Under the pieces are notes generated by a model. It was given only the letters and a program-made list of their open reading frames with translations. It was not told where the DNA came from and ran no database searches. Position numbers and translations under genes: made by a program. Below, in pieces: positions 19,026 to 28,135 of a stretch of DNA of 64,000 nt (its first letter is position 1; each line of letters starts with the position of its first letter). Source of the DNA: Myxococcota bacterium (GTDB lineage: Bacteria; Myxococcota_A; UBA9160; JAFDDA01); the NCBI GenBank assembly GCA_965228475.1, contig OZ245817.1, forward strand, positions 352,001 to 416,000, given 5' to 3'.

Positions 19026-19814
19026 GTGGAACTCGGACTCTCTCGAAGGACGGCGCTCGTCACCGGGAGCCATCGCGGCACGGGCCGGGCGATTGCTCGC
19101 GGTCTGGCCCGCGAGGGTGCGGACGTGGTCGTCCACGGTTTCGAGCCGGCCGCGGCGGAGGCCGTCGCCGAGGCGATCCGCGACGACGGAGGCCGCGCGC
19201 GCGCCGTGGCCGGGGAGCTCACGAGCGACGCCGGCGTCGAGGGGATCCGCGAAGCCGCCAGCCCCGTCGACGTGCTGGTCGCGAACTACGGCGTGGCAGA
19301 AGGCGGAGACTGGGAGAGTTCCTCGGCGGACTGGGTCGAGGCCTACGAGAAGAACGTGCTCTCCGCCGTGCGGGTGATCCACGCCTTCGTGCCCGGCATG
19401 CGCGAGCGGGGATTCGGGCGCGTCGTCTTGCTCGGCACCGTCGGCACGACCCGCCCCGCGGCGCGCATGCCGCACTACTACGCCGCCAAGTCGGCGCTTC
19501 CGAGCGTCTGCCTCAGTTTGGCCAAGGAGCTCACGGGGACCGGCGTCACCGTGAACCTCGTGAGTCCGGGCATCCTGGCCACCGAAGAAGTGCGCGCCGG
19601 GCTCACGGCCCGCGCCGAGCGCAAGGGCCGGAGCACGGCCTGGGAGGACGTCGAATGCGACGCCGCCGCGAACTGGATGCCGAACCTGGTCGGCCGCCTC
19701 GGCCGGCCCGAAGAGGTGGCGGACCTGGTCGCCTTCCTCGCGAGCGACCGCGCGGCCTTCCTGACCGGCGCCCAGTGGCGGATCGACGGCGGCGCCGCGG
19801 ACGTGGCGTTCTAG
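19026..19814 (+). CDS. SDR family oxidoreductase
   Basis: TGSHRGTG, YYAAK, VNLVSPG, GRPEEVA. Confidence 0.88.
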   Translation: MELGLSRRTALVTGSHRGTGRAIARGLAREGADVVVHGFEPAAAEAVAEAIRDDGGRARAVAGELTSDAGVEGIREAASPVDVLVANYGVAEGGDWESSSADWVEAYEKNVLSAVRVIHAFVPGMRERGFGRVVLLGTVGTTRPAARMPHYYAAKSALPSVCLSLAKELTGTGVTVNLVSPGILATEEVRAGLTARAERKGRSTAWEDVECDAAANWMPNLVGRLGRPEEVADLVAFLASDRAAFLTGAQWRIDGGAADVAF

Positions 19815-19826
19815 GACCCGCCCGGC

Positions 19827-20506
19827 TCAAGGCGTCGGCCGTTCGGCGAGTTCCGCCTGCACCTGCTCCCACCAGCGCTGCTGCTGCCTCGGGTGATGAC
19901 CCATCGACGTGTCTTCGTCGAAGCGGCGGCTGCGGAGAAGGACCCGCTCGCCGCCCTTCCGGACCTCCGCGTCGAGGAGCGCCTGCGCCGCCTGGGTCGC
20001 GGCGTGTGGATCGCCCGCTTCGGCGCTCAAGTGCGCCTCGATCCGGTTTCGCATGCCGTGGAGCCGCCGGGCCTCGAGCTCGAACAGCGCGAAGTGGATC
20101 TGCTCGTGCTGAAGGATGTACGCCTCGGGCACGCCGAGATCCTGCGGATTCCACCACGAGCAGCTCCGAAGCATCTGGGCTTCGAACCCGACGTTCTGCA
20201 GCGTGGCGCGGTAGCGCGTCGTTCCGCCCGGGCCCGCGATGGGAGTCGCGACGATCCGCGTCCTCGGGAGGGTCGTGATCACCGCGCAGGTGGCGGCGTT
20301 GAGCTGCGCGGCCGCAGCCGCGAACTCGGGCGGCGCCTCGGTTCCCCGGAAGTCGGCTCGCTCGAGCGTCCGGTACGGGATGGCCGCCGACCAGTCGATG
20401 CCGTGCAGGCCGGTGCCCGGATCTTCGGCGCGGCGTACTCGGGCAGCGTCGAGCACGAGAGCCACGCGAAGGCGAGGGGGAGGAGCAGGAGCGTTCGAGC
20501 GTTCAT
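19827..20506 (-). pseudogene. Frameshifted lipoprotein gene (DUF922-like); pseudogene or sequencing error
   Basis: Lipoprotein leader MNARTLLLLPLAFAWLSC-STLPEYAAPK is in one frame; the body GIDWSAAIPYRTLERADF...SWW...ILQHEQIHFALFELEARRL is in another; the switch lies near 20405-20425. Confidence 0.6.
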
Positions 20507-20519
20507 CGGCGAATGTCCT

Positions 20520-21299
20520 TCAGCCGAGGATCCGCGCGATCCAATGGATCCACGGCGGAAGCAGGAAGGCCCAGTAGCCGGCCATCCAGGTGAGGCCGAT
20601 CACGCCGCCCCAGGATTCCGCGTCGGTCCTCCGGTTGCGTTCGTGCATCGCGCGGTGGAGATGATCCCGGACCTCGGCCCGCGTGACCGGGGCTTCGAAG
20701 GGTCTCGTCTTCGCGTCGACGAAGAGCGATCGCAGGTGCATCGCCTGCCAGGGCAGATAGCCGAGGCCGAAGAGCAGGTTCAGGGTGAGCAGGGTTCGAC
20801 CGCCGTCGGGGCCGCCCTCCACGTTCCAGAGCAGCGCACTCGCCGCCGTGTTGGCGACGAAGATCACGAACCAGCCGAGTTCCTCCCAGACGTAGAGCAC
20901 GAGCCGGCCCGTCACGATCGCCCCCCAGACGAAGCCCTGGGAGATCACCGCTTCGAGCACCATCAGCCAGGAGAGTGCGTCGACGACGGCCGACCCTTCC
21001 ACGTTCAGCGTGCGGATCACGTGGGAGAACAGGTAGGCGTAGGAGATCTCCGAGAACGTCGCGAGCAGCCGCGTCACGAAGATCGAGGACGGCGGCGCGA
21101 CGTGGAAGACGACGTTGTCCTTGTACCGGTCCGGCAGCAGGCAGCGGTAGGCCGAGACCGCGAAGAAGATCGCCGCCGGCACGACGACGTGCGGGTCCGA
21201 ACCGCCGGAGCCGAGCCCCAGCGCGTGGGCGAGGAAGTAGAGGTTGAGCGGGACGCCCAGCTTGAGGAGCCAGAGGAAGACGGTGTAGTCGCGGTTCAC
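20520..21299 (-). CDS. Hypothetical multi-pass membrane protein
   Basis: C-terminal 259 aa of ORF 20520..21479 from VNRDYTVFLWLLKLG; about 7 hydrophobic segments. Confidence 0.65.
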   Translation of the reverse strand: MNRDYTVFLWLLKLGVPLNLYFLAHALGLGSGGSDPHVVVPAAIFFAVSAYRCLLPDRYKDNVVFHVAPPSSIFVTRLLATFSEISYAYLFSHVIRTLNVEGSAVVDALSWLMVLEAVISQGFVWGAIVTGRLVLYVWEELGWFVIFVANTAASALLWNVEGGPDGGRTLLTLNLLFGLGYLPWQAMHLRSLFVDAKTRPFEAPVTRAEVRDHLHRAMHERNRRTDAESWGGVIGLTWMAGYWAFLLPPWIHWIARILG

Positions 21300-21336
21300 G
21301 GGAAGGACCCTTCTCGGGAGTCGCTGTTCGTTGCAG

Positions 21337-23982
21337 CTACTGGATGTCGGCTGCGGTGATCTCGGTCTCGATGAAGGGCCAACCGTTGCCGGAGCTGTAG
21401 AAGAGCCGGACGTAGAGGGTTCGGCCGTCGGTCGGAAGCCCGTCGACGGACGTCTGGGTGGCGGTGCCGAGGGATCCACTGTCGTAGAGGTCGCTCGCGC
21501 CGGGCGTGGAGCCGACGTAGAGCCACCACTCGTCGACGGGGGTTCCGTTCGCGTTCCAGTTGAGGTCGAGTGTGGCCCCCTGAAGCGTGGCCGGCGCCGT
21601 CATCTCGGGGGTCGCGGGCTCGATGTCGGCTGCAACGACCTGGGCTTCGACGAAGGGCCATCCGTTGCCCGAGCTGTAGAAGAGCCGGAGGTAGAGGGTT
21701 CGGCCGTCGGTGGGAAGCCCGTAGACGACCGTTTGGGCGGCGGTGCCGAGGGAGCCGCTGTCATGGAGGTCGCTCGCGCCGGGCGTGGAGCCGACGTAGA
21801 GCCACCACTCGTCGACGGGCGTTCCGTTGTCGCTCCAACTGAGCCCGAGTGCCGGCCCCGGGATCATCGCGGGGGCTGTGATCTCGGGCTCCACGGGCTG
21901 GATGTCGGCGGCGGTGACCTGGGTCTCGACGTAGGGCCAACCGTTGCCGGAGGTGTAGAAGAGCCGGACGTAGAGGGTCCGTCCGTCGGTGGGGAGCCCG
22001 TCGACGATGGTCTGGGTGGCGGTGCCGAGGGAGCCGCTGTCATGGAGGTCGCTCGCGCCGGGCGTGGAGCCGACGTAGAGCCACCACTCGTCGACGGGCG
22101 TTCCGTTGTCGCTCCAACTGAGCCCGAGCGCCGGCCCCGGAATCATCGCAGGGGCCGTGATCTCGGGCTCCACGGGTTGGATGTCGGCGGCGGTGACCTG
22201 GGCATCGACGTAGGGCCACCCGTTGCCCGAGGTGTAGAAGAGCCGGACGTAGAGGATCCGCCCGTCGGTCGGGAGCCCCTCGACGGTGGTCTGGGTGGCG
22301 GTGCCGAGGGAGCCGCTGTCATGGAGGTCGCTCGCGCCGGGCGTGGAGCCGACGTAGAGCCACCACTCGTCGACGGGCGTTCCGTTGTCGCTCCAACTGA
22401 GCCCGAGCGCCGACCCCGGGATCGTCGCAGGGGCGGTGATCTCGGGGATCGCGGGTTGGATGTCGGCGGCGGTGACCTGGGCGTCGACGTAGGGCCATCC
22501 GTTGCCCGAGGTGTAGAAGAGCCGGACGTAGAGGGTCCGTCCGTCGGTCGGGAGCCCCTCGACGGTGGTCTCGGTGGCGGTGCCGAGGGATCCACTGTCG
22601 TACAGGTCGCTCGCGCCCGGGGAAGACCCGACGTAGAGCCACCACTCGTCGACCGGGAGTCCGTTGTCGCTCCAACTCATGGCCAGGGTCGAACCGGGGA
22701 GGGTCGGGGGCGCCGTGATCTCGGGGATCACGGGCTCGATGTCGGCGGCGGTGATCTGGGTCTCGACGTAGGGCCAGCCGTTCCCATTGCTGTAGAAGAG
22801 CCGGACGTAGAGGGTGCGCCCGTCGGTCGGGAGCCCTTGGACGGTGGTCTGGGTCGCGGTGCCGAGGGATCCACTGTCGTAGAGGTCGCTCGCGCCCGGC
22901 GTGGACCCGACGTAGAGCCACCACTCGCTCACGTTGTGCCCGATGCCCTCCCAGGTGACCGTGGTCGAATCGCTGACGAGTTCGGTGAGCGGCGCCGGGC
23001 TCGTGATTTCCGGCGGGTCGTCCGGCGTGAACTGCGCCGTGAGCGTGTAGATCCCGGTCTCACCTTCATAGTAGGAAGTGGCATCGATGAAGTAGGTGCC
23101 CGGCGCAACCGGGAGAGAGATGTAGGAGTTGGTTCCGCCGCCTCCGTCATCGTTTTCGACCCGGATGTTTTGGGGCCCGCCCGTGAGGATCAGGTACGTG
23201 TCGAGCTGCACGGACGACATGGAGATCGTCAGCTGCCCCGGCACCGGGATGGTGAACCGATAGGCATCGAACAAGGTGTCGTCGACGCCGGAGGCTTCCG
23301 AGTGGAAACAATCGGTCGCCGCGAGCGTTCCTTGGATCGACGAGTACGGCGAGATCGTCTGTTCCTCGGAGCAGCCCCCGTAGAGCGTGTCGACACCAAC
23401 GATGTCGTCCCTCAGAGGGGCTTGGGTGTTCCCGATGAATGCCGCCATCAAGTTGGGAGCCGCGCTGTGCCCCAACCCCATGACGTGACCGAGCTCGTGA
23501 GCGGCGACGCGACGGAAGTCGATTGCGAACGAGGAGAGGGGGCCGTTGTAGACGTTCCAGTTCATGGTGGAGTTGCCGTTGAAGATGATGTCGCTCTCCA
23601 CGATCTTCGCGCCCAGGGTCGAGGTCAGCGTCACGGCCAGGCCGTTCGCGCCGAAGGAACCCCCACACACCGTCAACTCGAAATCCACTCCGTTTCTCTC
23701 GTCGGAGAGGCTGCACGGGCTGGAGAAGTTCGTGGTGGTCGAGAACTCGAAGACCGTGCTCGTATTCCACGAGGCGGCGGCCTGAGCGAAGGCGTCGTTC
23801 CACGAAATCCCGTTCGGGCTGACGTAGCCGTCGAAGGCGTTGAAGATGTCGCCGTGGACGGTGGTCGCGCCTCCGGGCCAGCGGATGTCGTTCAGGACGA
23901 AGGCGGAGCCCTTCGGAGCGAGCAGCATGGACGCGACCCCGATGAAGGCCGCCAGCGCGATGGATGCGGAACGGATCTTCAT
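21337..23982 (-). CDS. Secreted matrixin-type (metzincin) metalloprotease with PPC-like domain and six C-terminal repeats
   Basis: Signal peptide; HELGHVMGLGH plus Met-turn (NLMAA); DTYLIL...NDDGGGGTNS...PGTY; repeats containing WWLYVGSTPGASDL. Confidence 0.88.
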   Translation of the reverse strand: MKIRSASIALAAFIGVASMLLAPKGSAFVLNDIRWPGGATTVHGDIFNAFDGYVSPNGISWNDAFAQAAASWNTSTVFEFSTTTNFSSPCSLSDERNGVDFELTVCGGSFGANGLAVTLTSTLGAKIVESDIIFNGNSTMNWNVYNGPLSSFAIDFRRVAAHELGHVMGLGHSAAPNLMAAFIGNTQAPLRDDIVGVDTLYGGCSEEQTISPYSSIQGTLAATDCFHSEASGVDDTLFDAYRFTIPVPGQLTISMSSVQLDTYLILTGGPQNIRVENDDGGGGTNSYISLPVAPGTYFIDATSYYEGETGIYTLTAQFTPDDPPEITSPAPLTELVSDSTTVTWEGIGHNVSEWWLYVGSTPGASDLYDSGSLGTATQTTVQGLPTDGRTLYVRLFYSNGNGWPYVETQITAADIEPVIPEITAPPTLPGSTLAMSWSDNGLPVDEWWLYVGSSPGASDLYDSGSLGTATETTVEGLPTDGRTLYVRLFYTSGNGWPYVDAQVTAADIQPAIPEITAPATIPGSALGLSWSDNGTPVDEWWLYVGSTPGASDLHDSGSLGTATQTTVEGLPTDGRILYVRLFYTSGNGWPYVDAQVTAADIQPVEPEITAPAMIPGPALGLSWSDNGTPVDEWWLYVGSTPGASDLHDSGSLGTATQTIVDGLPTDGRTLYVRLFYTSGNGWPYVETQVTAADIQPVEPEITAPAMIPGPALGLSWSDNGTPVDEWWLYVGSTPGASDLHDSGSLGTAAQTVVYGLPTDGRTLYLRLFYSSGNGWPFVEAQVVAADIEPATPEMTAPATLQGATLDLNWNANGTPVDEWWLYVGSTPGASDLYDSGSLGTATQTSVDGLPTDGRTLYVRLFYSSGNGWPFIETEITAADIQ
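21340..23013 (-). repeat. Six coding tandem repeats, 279-bp (93-aa) period
   Basis: CCACCACTCG recurs at 21523, 21802, 22081, 22360, 22639 and 22918. Confidence 0.95.
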
Positions 23983-24623
23983 GGTTTCGGTGCTGGGATC
24001 ATCCGGCGAAGCTGCTGCTTGAAGTCTTCCAGGCGCAAGGCCTCCGCGGGTTCCTCGGAGCTCCCCGGGGTCAGCCCCTCGGCGATGCCGCGACTGAGCC
24101 CGGTGGCGGCGGCCACGTTCCGGACGCTCACGATCGGCTGGAGGTCACTGGCATAGACGCGCTTCTGACCCTGGCTGTCTTCGACGATCCGGAGATGCCC
24201 TTGCGCCCAACCGAACAAGGGGTGGATCAGCCGCTGAGCGAGTGATTCGACGAAGTAGACGCCGCGTTCACCCGTGGCCGGCATCGTCATGTCGGACACC
24301 TGGAGGCGGCGCTCGTCGATGCGGCCCCCGAGAAAGCGCAGCTCGATGGTCGGCTCGGACCAGCTCCCCTTCAGCACCTCGGAGACTTCGAACCTCACGA
24401 AGGTGTAGATCAGGCGATCGTTCTCTGGATCGCTCTGGGCTCTCGAGGAGAGGGCCCTCCCCTCGAAGACGAGCTCGGAGCCCGCGATCATCTCCACGAT
24501 GCTGGTCGCCCGCACGCTCGAAGCGACCAGGCCCGGGAGGCAAAGGAGGAGCGCGAGGAGGAACCCCGCACGGCTCCGAGCGGCGGGACGCAGGCGAGAA
24601 GGGATGAGCGTGGGGGGGTGCAA
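23979..24623 (-). CDS. Exported protein coupled to the protease gene
   Basis: Hydrophobic leader, then TSIVEMIAGSELVFEG...IYTFVRFEVSEVLKG...FLGG; ATGA overlap with the protease. Start uncertain (TTG after GGAGGT). Confidence 0.65.
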   Translation of the reverse strand: MHPPTLIPSRLRPAARSRAGFLLALLLCLPGLVASSVRATSIVEMIAGSELVFEGRALSSRAQSDPENDRLIYTFVRFEVSEVLKGSWSEPTIELRFLGGRIDERRLQVSDMTMPATGERGVYFVESLAQRLIHPLFGWAQGHLRIVEDSQGQKRVYASDLQPIVSVRNVAAATGLSRGIAEGLTPGSSEEPAEALRLEDFKQQLRRMIPAPKP

Positions 24624-24786
24624 AGAGTCCACCTCCGGAGGGAACTCTCTCCATTTTACGTTCGACCGCGTCGCTTGGGGGGCCTTTCGAGCGGGTCGCG
24701 TCAGGCGTGGCCGTAGGCCCGTGAAGGAGACTTTCCGTCGCACCCCCGCAGAACGTTCTTCCCGTCGAGCGATCGCGCCGCGGTGT

Positions 24787-25650
24787 CTAGGAGGCCCGCG
24801 CGCGCGCGAGGCCCAGGCCGAGGAGGACGAGCAGCGCCACCGACGGCTCCGGCACCGGGCCGCCCGAGGCGCCGAAGCCCCCGAACCCGCCGAAGCCCCC
24901 GCCGCTTCCGCCCGGCCCGGAGCACTCCGGGGCCGCGGTCGGCGATGCGCAGAGATCCATGTCCCACTGGAAGGCGCCGGCCACGTCGTAGGCGCCGGGC
25001 GCGCCCGTGTCGTTCAGGTCGAAGCTCGTGGTGATCTGCGTGAGGACGTTGCCCAGGGTGTCCGCGGTGTAGCCACTCGGGTTGTAGGCGCCGCGCTGCC
25101 CGCTGATGCCGCCGGTCCCCGCAATCTCGATCAGCGTCGCGGGGCCCGCGATCTGGCTGATCGTCGCTCCGTCCATCGTCGGGTCGTCGCCGACGTTGTA
25201 GTCGAAGACGTTGAACAGGCTGACCGAAAGAATCGGGAACGCGGAGAGCGGGTTCACGCCGCGGAAGAGCGATCCGTTCCAGGCGAGGTCGGGCAAACCA
25301 TCGGGGCCGACGGCGGTGATCCCGTAGGTGAGGTTCAGCACGAAGGACTCGCCGAGGAAGTTGAAGGTCGACGTCAGGGAATCCTGGCTCGTTCCGTTCC
25401 CCAGGGAGGTGAAGTTCGTGAACTCGTGAATGATGCCGAAGTCCGCGAGGTAGAGGAGCCAACCCTCGTGGGGGTGACGGTTCTGGGTGAACAGCGGATG
25501 CGAGACGTCCGTGTTCTCGGTGGACGACGCGACGCTGATGGTCGTCTCCCAGTCGAGCGAACCCTGCCCGTCGACGAGGTCGACGAGGAGCGCGTGCGCC
25601 GGGCTCGAAACGAGAAGGGCCAGGGTGAAGACCGCGACGAGTCGACTCAT
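24787..25650 (-). CDS. PEP-CTERM sorting-domain protein
   Basis: Signal peptide, Gly-rich linker, VPEPSVALLVLLGLGLARARAS. Confidence 0.88.
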   Translation of the reverse strand: MSRLVAVFTLALLVSSPAHALLVDLVDGQGSLDWETTISVASSTENTDVSHPLFTQNRHPHEGWLLYLADFGIIHEFTNFTSLGNGTSQDSLTSTFNFLGESFVLNLTYGITAVGPDGLPDLAWNGSLFRGVNPLSAFPILSVSLFNVFDYNVGDDPTMDGATISQIAGPATLIEIAGTGGISGQRGAYNPSGYTADTLGNVLTQITTSFDLNDTGAPGAYDVAGAFQWDMDLCASPTAAPECSGPGGSGGGFGGFGGFGASGGPVPEPSVALLVLLGLGLARARAS

Positions 25651-25825
25651 GGTTCATCCGTCCATGGCAGTGGGATCCGAGGATCGACCCATCGACCCGC
25701 GCTCCCCAGGGACGCTCACCCTCTCAGGATCCCGGGTCGATCTCAAGCCGAAAGCCCGCGCCGTGCAGGAGAACGCCACATCAGCGAGATGGGGCTCGCT
25801 CCCCCGCAGGGCTAGTCTTTCGGCG

Positions 25826-26488
25826 ATGGACGGCATGCACCCTCACCTGCCCGTCGGCGTCCCGTTCCGGCGGAACCGGTTCCTGCAGCGGCTGGCCCTC
25901 CTCTACCTCGCCTTCTGGGGATTTCTGGCGATCGCACCGCTCTCGCGGGAGACCTGGCTGCTCGAGAACCTGCTCGTCTTCGGCCTGGTCGGCGTGCTCG
26001 TCTGGACGCATCGCCGGTTCGTCTTCTCGAATCTCTCCTACGCCCTGATCGCGGCCTTCCTGATGCTCCACGCCGTCGGTTCGCACTACGCCTACTCGAA
26101 CGTCCCGTTCGGCGAGTGGCTCGAGAGCGCCTTCGGCTTCGGCCGCAACCACTACGACCGCATCGTGCACTTCTCCTTCGGTCTCCTGCTCGGCTACCCC
26201 CTGCGCGAGATGACCCTGCGCATCACCCACGTCCACGGCGCATGGAGCTACGTGATCCCGGTGCTCGCCGTCCTCGCGACGAGCTCCTTCTACGAGATCC
26301 TCGAGTCCTGGGCCGCGCGCATCGTGGATCCGGACCTCGGGATCGCCTTCGTCGGCGCCCAGGGCGACGTGTGGGACGGCCAGAAGGACATGGCCCTGGC
26401 GCTCGGGGGCACGCTGGTGGCCCTCGCGCTCGGCGAGGTCTACCGGCGACGCCGTGGCCACGAAGCCTACGTCGGGCCGGAGCAGTGA
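25826..26488 (+). CDS. DUF2238 (YjdF-like) inner membrane protein
   Basis: WLLEN, LHAVGSHYAYSNVP, RNHYDRIVHF, GAQGDVWDGQKDM. Confidence 0.85.
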   Translation: MDGMHPHLPVGVPFRRNRFLQRLALLYLAFWGFLAIAPLSRETWLLENLLVFGLVGVLVWTHRRFVFSNLSYALIAAFLMLHAVGSHYAYSNVPFGEWLESAFGFGRNHYDRIVHFSFGLLLGYPLREMTLRITHVHGAWSYVIPVLAVLATSSFYEILESWAARIVDPDLGIAFVGAQGDVWDGQKDMALALGGTLVALALGEVYRRRRGHEAYVGPEQ

Positions 26489-27003
26489 CGCCCGATCCCG
26501 CGCCCTCCCCGCACGACGAGACGACGGCCGAGCTGGCGCGGCTCTATCGGGAGAGCCCGGCCTGGCGCCAGGCCGCCTCGCGGATCTCCGACCGCTCGAC
26601 GAGCGGCGTCTGGTTCAGCCACCGCCCCGGCGACCCGTGGCACCTCGCGCGCGCGGGCGGTGTCACCGAGCTGCTGCCGGGCCCCGCGGACGACCCGGAC
26701 TTCATGTTCCGTTTCACGCCGGCCTCGGTGCGGGCGCTCCACGAGGTCGAGGGCGGTGTCGGCGACTTCGCCGTCCGGCTCTTCGAGCTGATGATCGACC
26801 CCGACCCCGAAGTCCGTGTGGGGTTCCGGATCGTCGCGTCCTTCGCACGGCTCGCCTACCGCGGCTACACCCGGCTGCTGCTCGAGAGCGGGCCCGCGCT
26901 CGCCGAGTTCGCGGCCTCCCACGGCGTCGTCGGCCTGGGCTCGCTGAGGCGGGTCATCGCGGCGCTGCGCGAGAGCGAGCCGGCGGAGTGGGAGGTCGTC
27001 TAG
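26485..27003 (+). CDS. Hypothetical protein
   Basis: GTGA-coupled to the DUF2238 gene; C-terminal 172 aa of ORF 26116..27003. Confidence 0.6.
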   Translation: MTPDPAPSPHDETTAELARLYRESPAWRQAASRISDRSTSGVWFSHRPGDPWHLARAGGVTELLPGPADDPDFMFRFTPASVRALHEVEGGVGDFAVRLFELMIDPDPEVRVGFRIVASFARLAYRGYTRLLLESGPALAEFAASHGVVGLGSLRRVIAALRESEPAEWEVV

Positions 27004-27018
27004 GACGCGGCCGCTCCC

Positions 27019-27055
27019 AAAAAAGAAGCGCGCGGAGCGAGTTCGCTCCGCGCGC
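27019..27055 (-). terminator. Rho-independent terminator
   Basis: GCGCGCGGAGCGA-GT-TCGCTCCGCGCGC hairpin followed on the minus strand by TTCTTTTTT. Confidence 0.8.
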
Positions 27056-27126
27056 CAACTGTCCCAAGGGACCGTCCATCCTGGCGAGGCGGGCGCGCCT
27101 CGCCAGGGTGGCGTTGTGTCGGACCC

Positions 27127-27423
27127 CTAGGCGGCCAGCTTCTCGTCGTCGTCGTAGCTGCCAGCCGTGGCGGGCTCGAGCGGCAGCACCGGGGCGCCAT
27201 CGGCGGCCGGCACGGTGCGGAAGGACGGCACCCAATCGCTCACGTTGAAGCCACCGTAGGACTTGTAGGCACCGCGGATCGCCAGGCCGAGGGCGAGATG
27301 CTCGATGAACATCAGCGGCGGCGGGACCTGGGCCACGCCGGTCGAGACGATCACGGTCAGCAGGGTGCCGATTCCGGCCACCAGGGCGAGGGTGTATGCA
27401 GCAAAGATCTTGTCGTTGTCCAA
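27127..27423 (-). CDS. Small membrane protein, hypothetical
   Basis: 98 aa, TTG start after GGAG, two hydrophobic segments, own promoter and terminator. Confidence 0.6.
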   Translation of the reverse strand: MDNDKIFAAYTLALVAGIGTLLTVIVSTGVAQVPPPLMFIEHLALGLAIRGAYKSYGGFNVSDWVPSFRTVPAADGAPVLPLEPATAGSYDDDEKLAA

Positions 27424-27469
27424 CGGAGTGTCTCCATGAGCGGGTCAAAAACGATATGCCCCGGGGAAT

Positions 27470-27485
27470 TGCAGGGGGCGTGCCA
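27470..27485 (-). promoter_or_regulatory. Sigma-54 (-24/-12) promoter
   Basis: Minus strand TGGCACG-CCCC-CTGCA, 46 bp upstream of the 27423 start. Confidence 0.7.
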
Positions 27486-27758
27486 GGGAAGCCCGCGGGG
27501 CGAAGAATTCTGGCGCCCGCCCGGTCGGTCGTCGGATCGCCCTCTAACCCACTGAAAACGTTCACCTAAAACGGCAGCCACCGGGCGGCGTGGGCGGGGT
27601 TGCCCGGCCCGGAGCCCACCCCTCCGTCACCCTGTGCCGATTCCGGCCCCCGGGGTGTGACACCGTTCCCCAGGGGCCCATGCCGCAGTGCGGCATGGCG
27701 CCCCAGCCCCTGGGCGGTCCGCTCTCCTCCGCCTAGACTCGATCCCACGGAGGCCATC

Positions 27759-28046
27759 ATGAGGATTCGGTCCACCCTCGCCGTTCTGGCTCTCTTGCTG
27801 GCGGCGCCGGCCTACGCAGCCCCGGCCACCTACGTGCTCCAGACGCCTGGCGTCACCTGAGGCGGATCCTCTGCGAAGGCCCGTGCGGCCGTCGAGAGCG
27901 TCGAGCATGTGGAGGCCGTCTCCACCGACATGAACGAGCACACCGTGACCGTCACCTTCGATGACGAGAAGACGGGGCTTCCCGCCATCGTCGCGGCGTT
28001 GAACGACGCCGGGTACGTCGTGAAGGACCCGAAGAAGGTCGACTGA
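27759..28046 (+). CDS. Secreted heavy-metal-associated (HMA/MerP/CopZ-like) probable selenoprotein, in-frame TGA at codon 34
   Basis: GGAGG RBS; MRIRSTLAVLALLLAAPAYAAPATYVLQTPGVT-[TGA 27858-27860]-GGSSAKARAAVESVEHVEAVSTDMNEHTVTVTFDDEKTGLPAIVAALNDAGYVVKDPKKVD*. The HMA pattern continues in frame past the TGA. Confidence 0.8.
27861..27902 (+). promoter_or_regulatory. Candidate bacterial SECIS hairpin
   Basis: CTCT-G-CGA-A-GGCC-[CGTGC]-GGCC-G-TCG-AGAG (27869-27898); 21 nt separate the TGA from the apical loop, which has G at position 2 followed by U. Confidence 0.65.
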
Positions 28047-28135
28047 GGCGCGCCCCGAGCTCGCGCCACCGCCGGCCCCTCGATCTTCGGGCCGCCCGGC
28101 GCGGTGAGGCGCGTATGATCGCCGGGGAGGAAACG

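Noticed and set aside
21340..23013. Regular repeats as a possible CRISPR array
   Set aside because: The period is 279 bp (93 codons), the whole unit is repeated with no unique spacers, and it lies in frame within a protease gene.
21331..24156. 941-aa plus-strand ORF
   Set aside because: Antisense shadow of the protease gene; long stop-free shadows are expected at this GC content.
27600..27860. 86-aa ORF ending at TGA 27860 as a complete gene
   Set aside because: The RBS points to ATG 27759, and the HMA-like sequence continues in frame past the TGA.
28044..28100. Second readthrough at the TGA ending the HMA gene
   Set aside because: The domain is already complete and the downstream frame shows no protein-like continuation.
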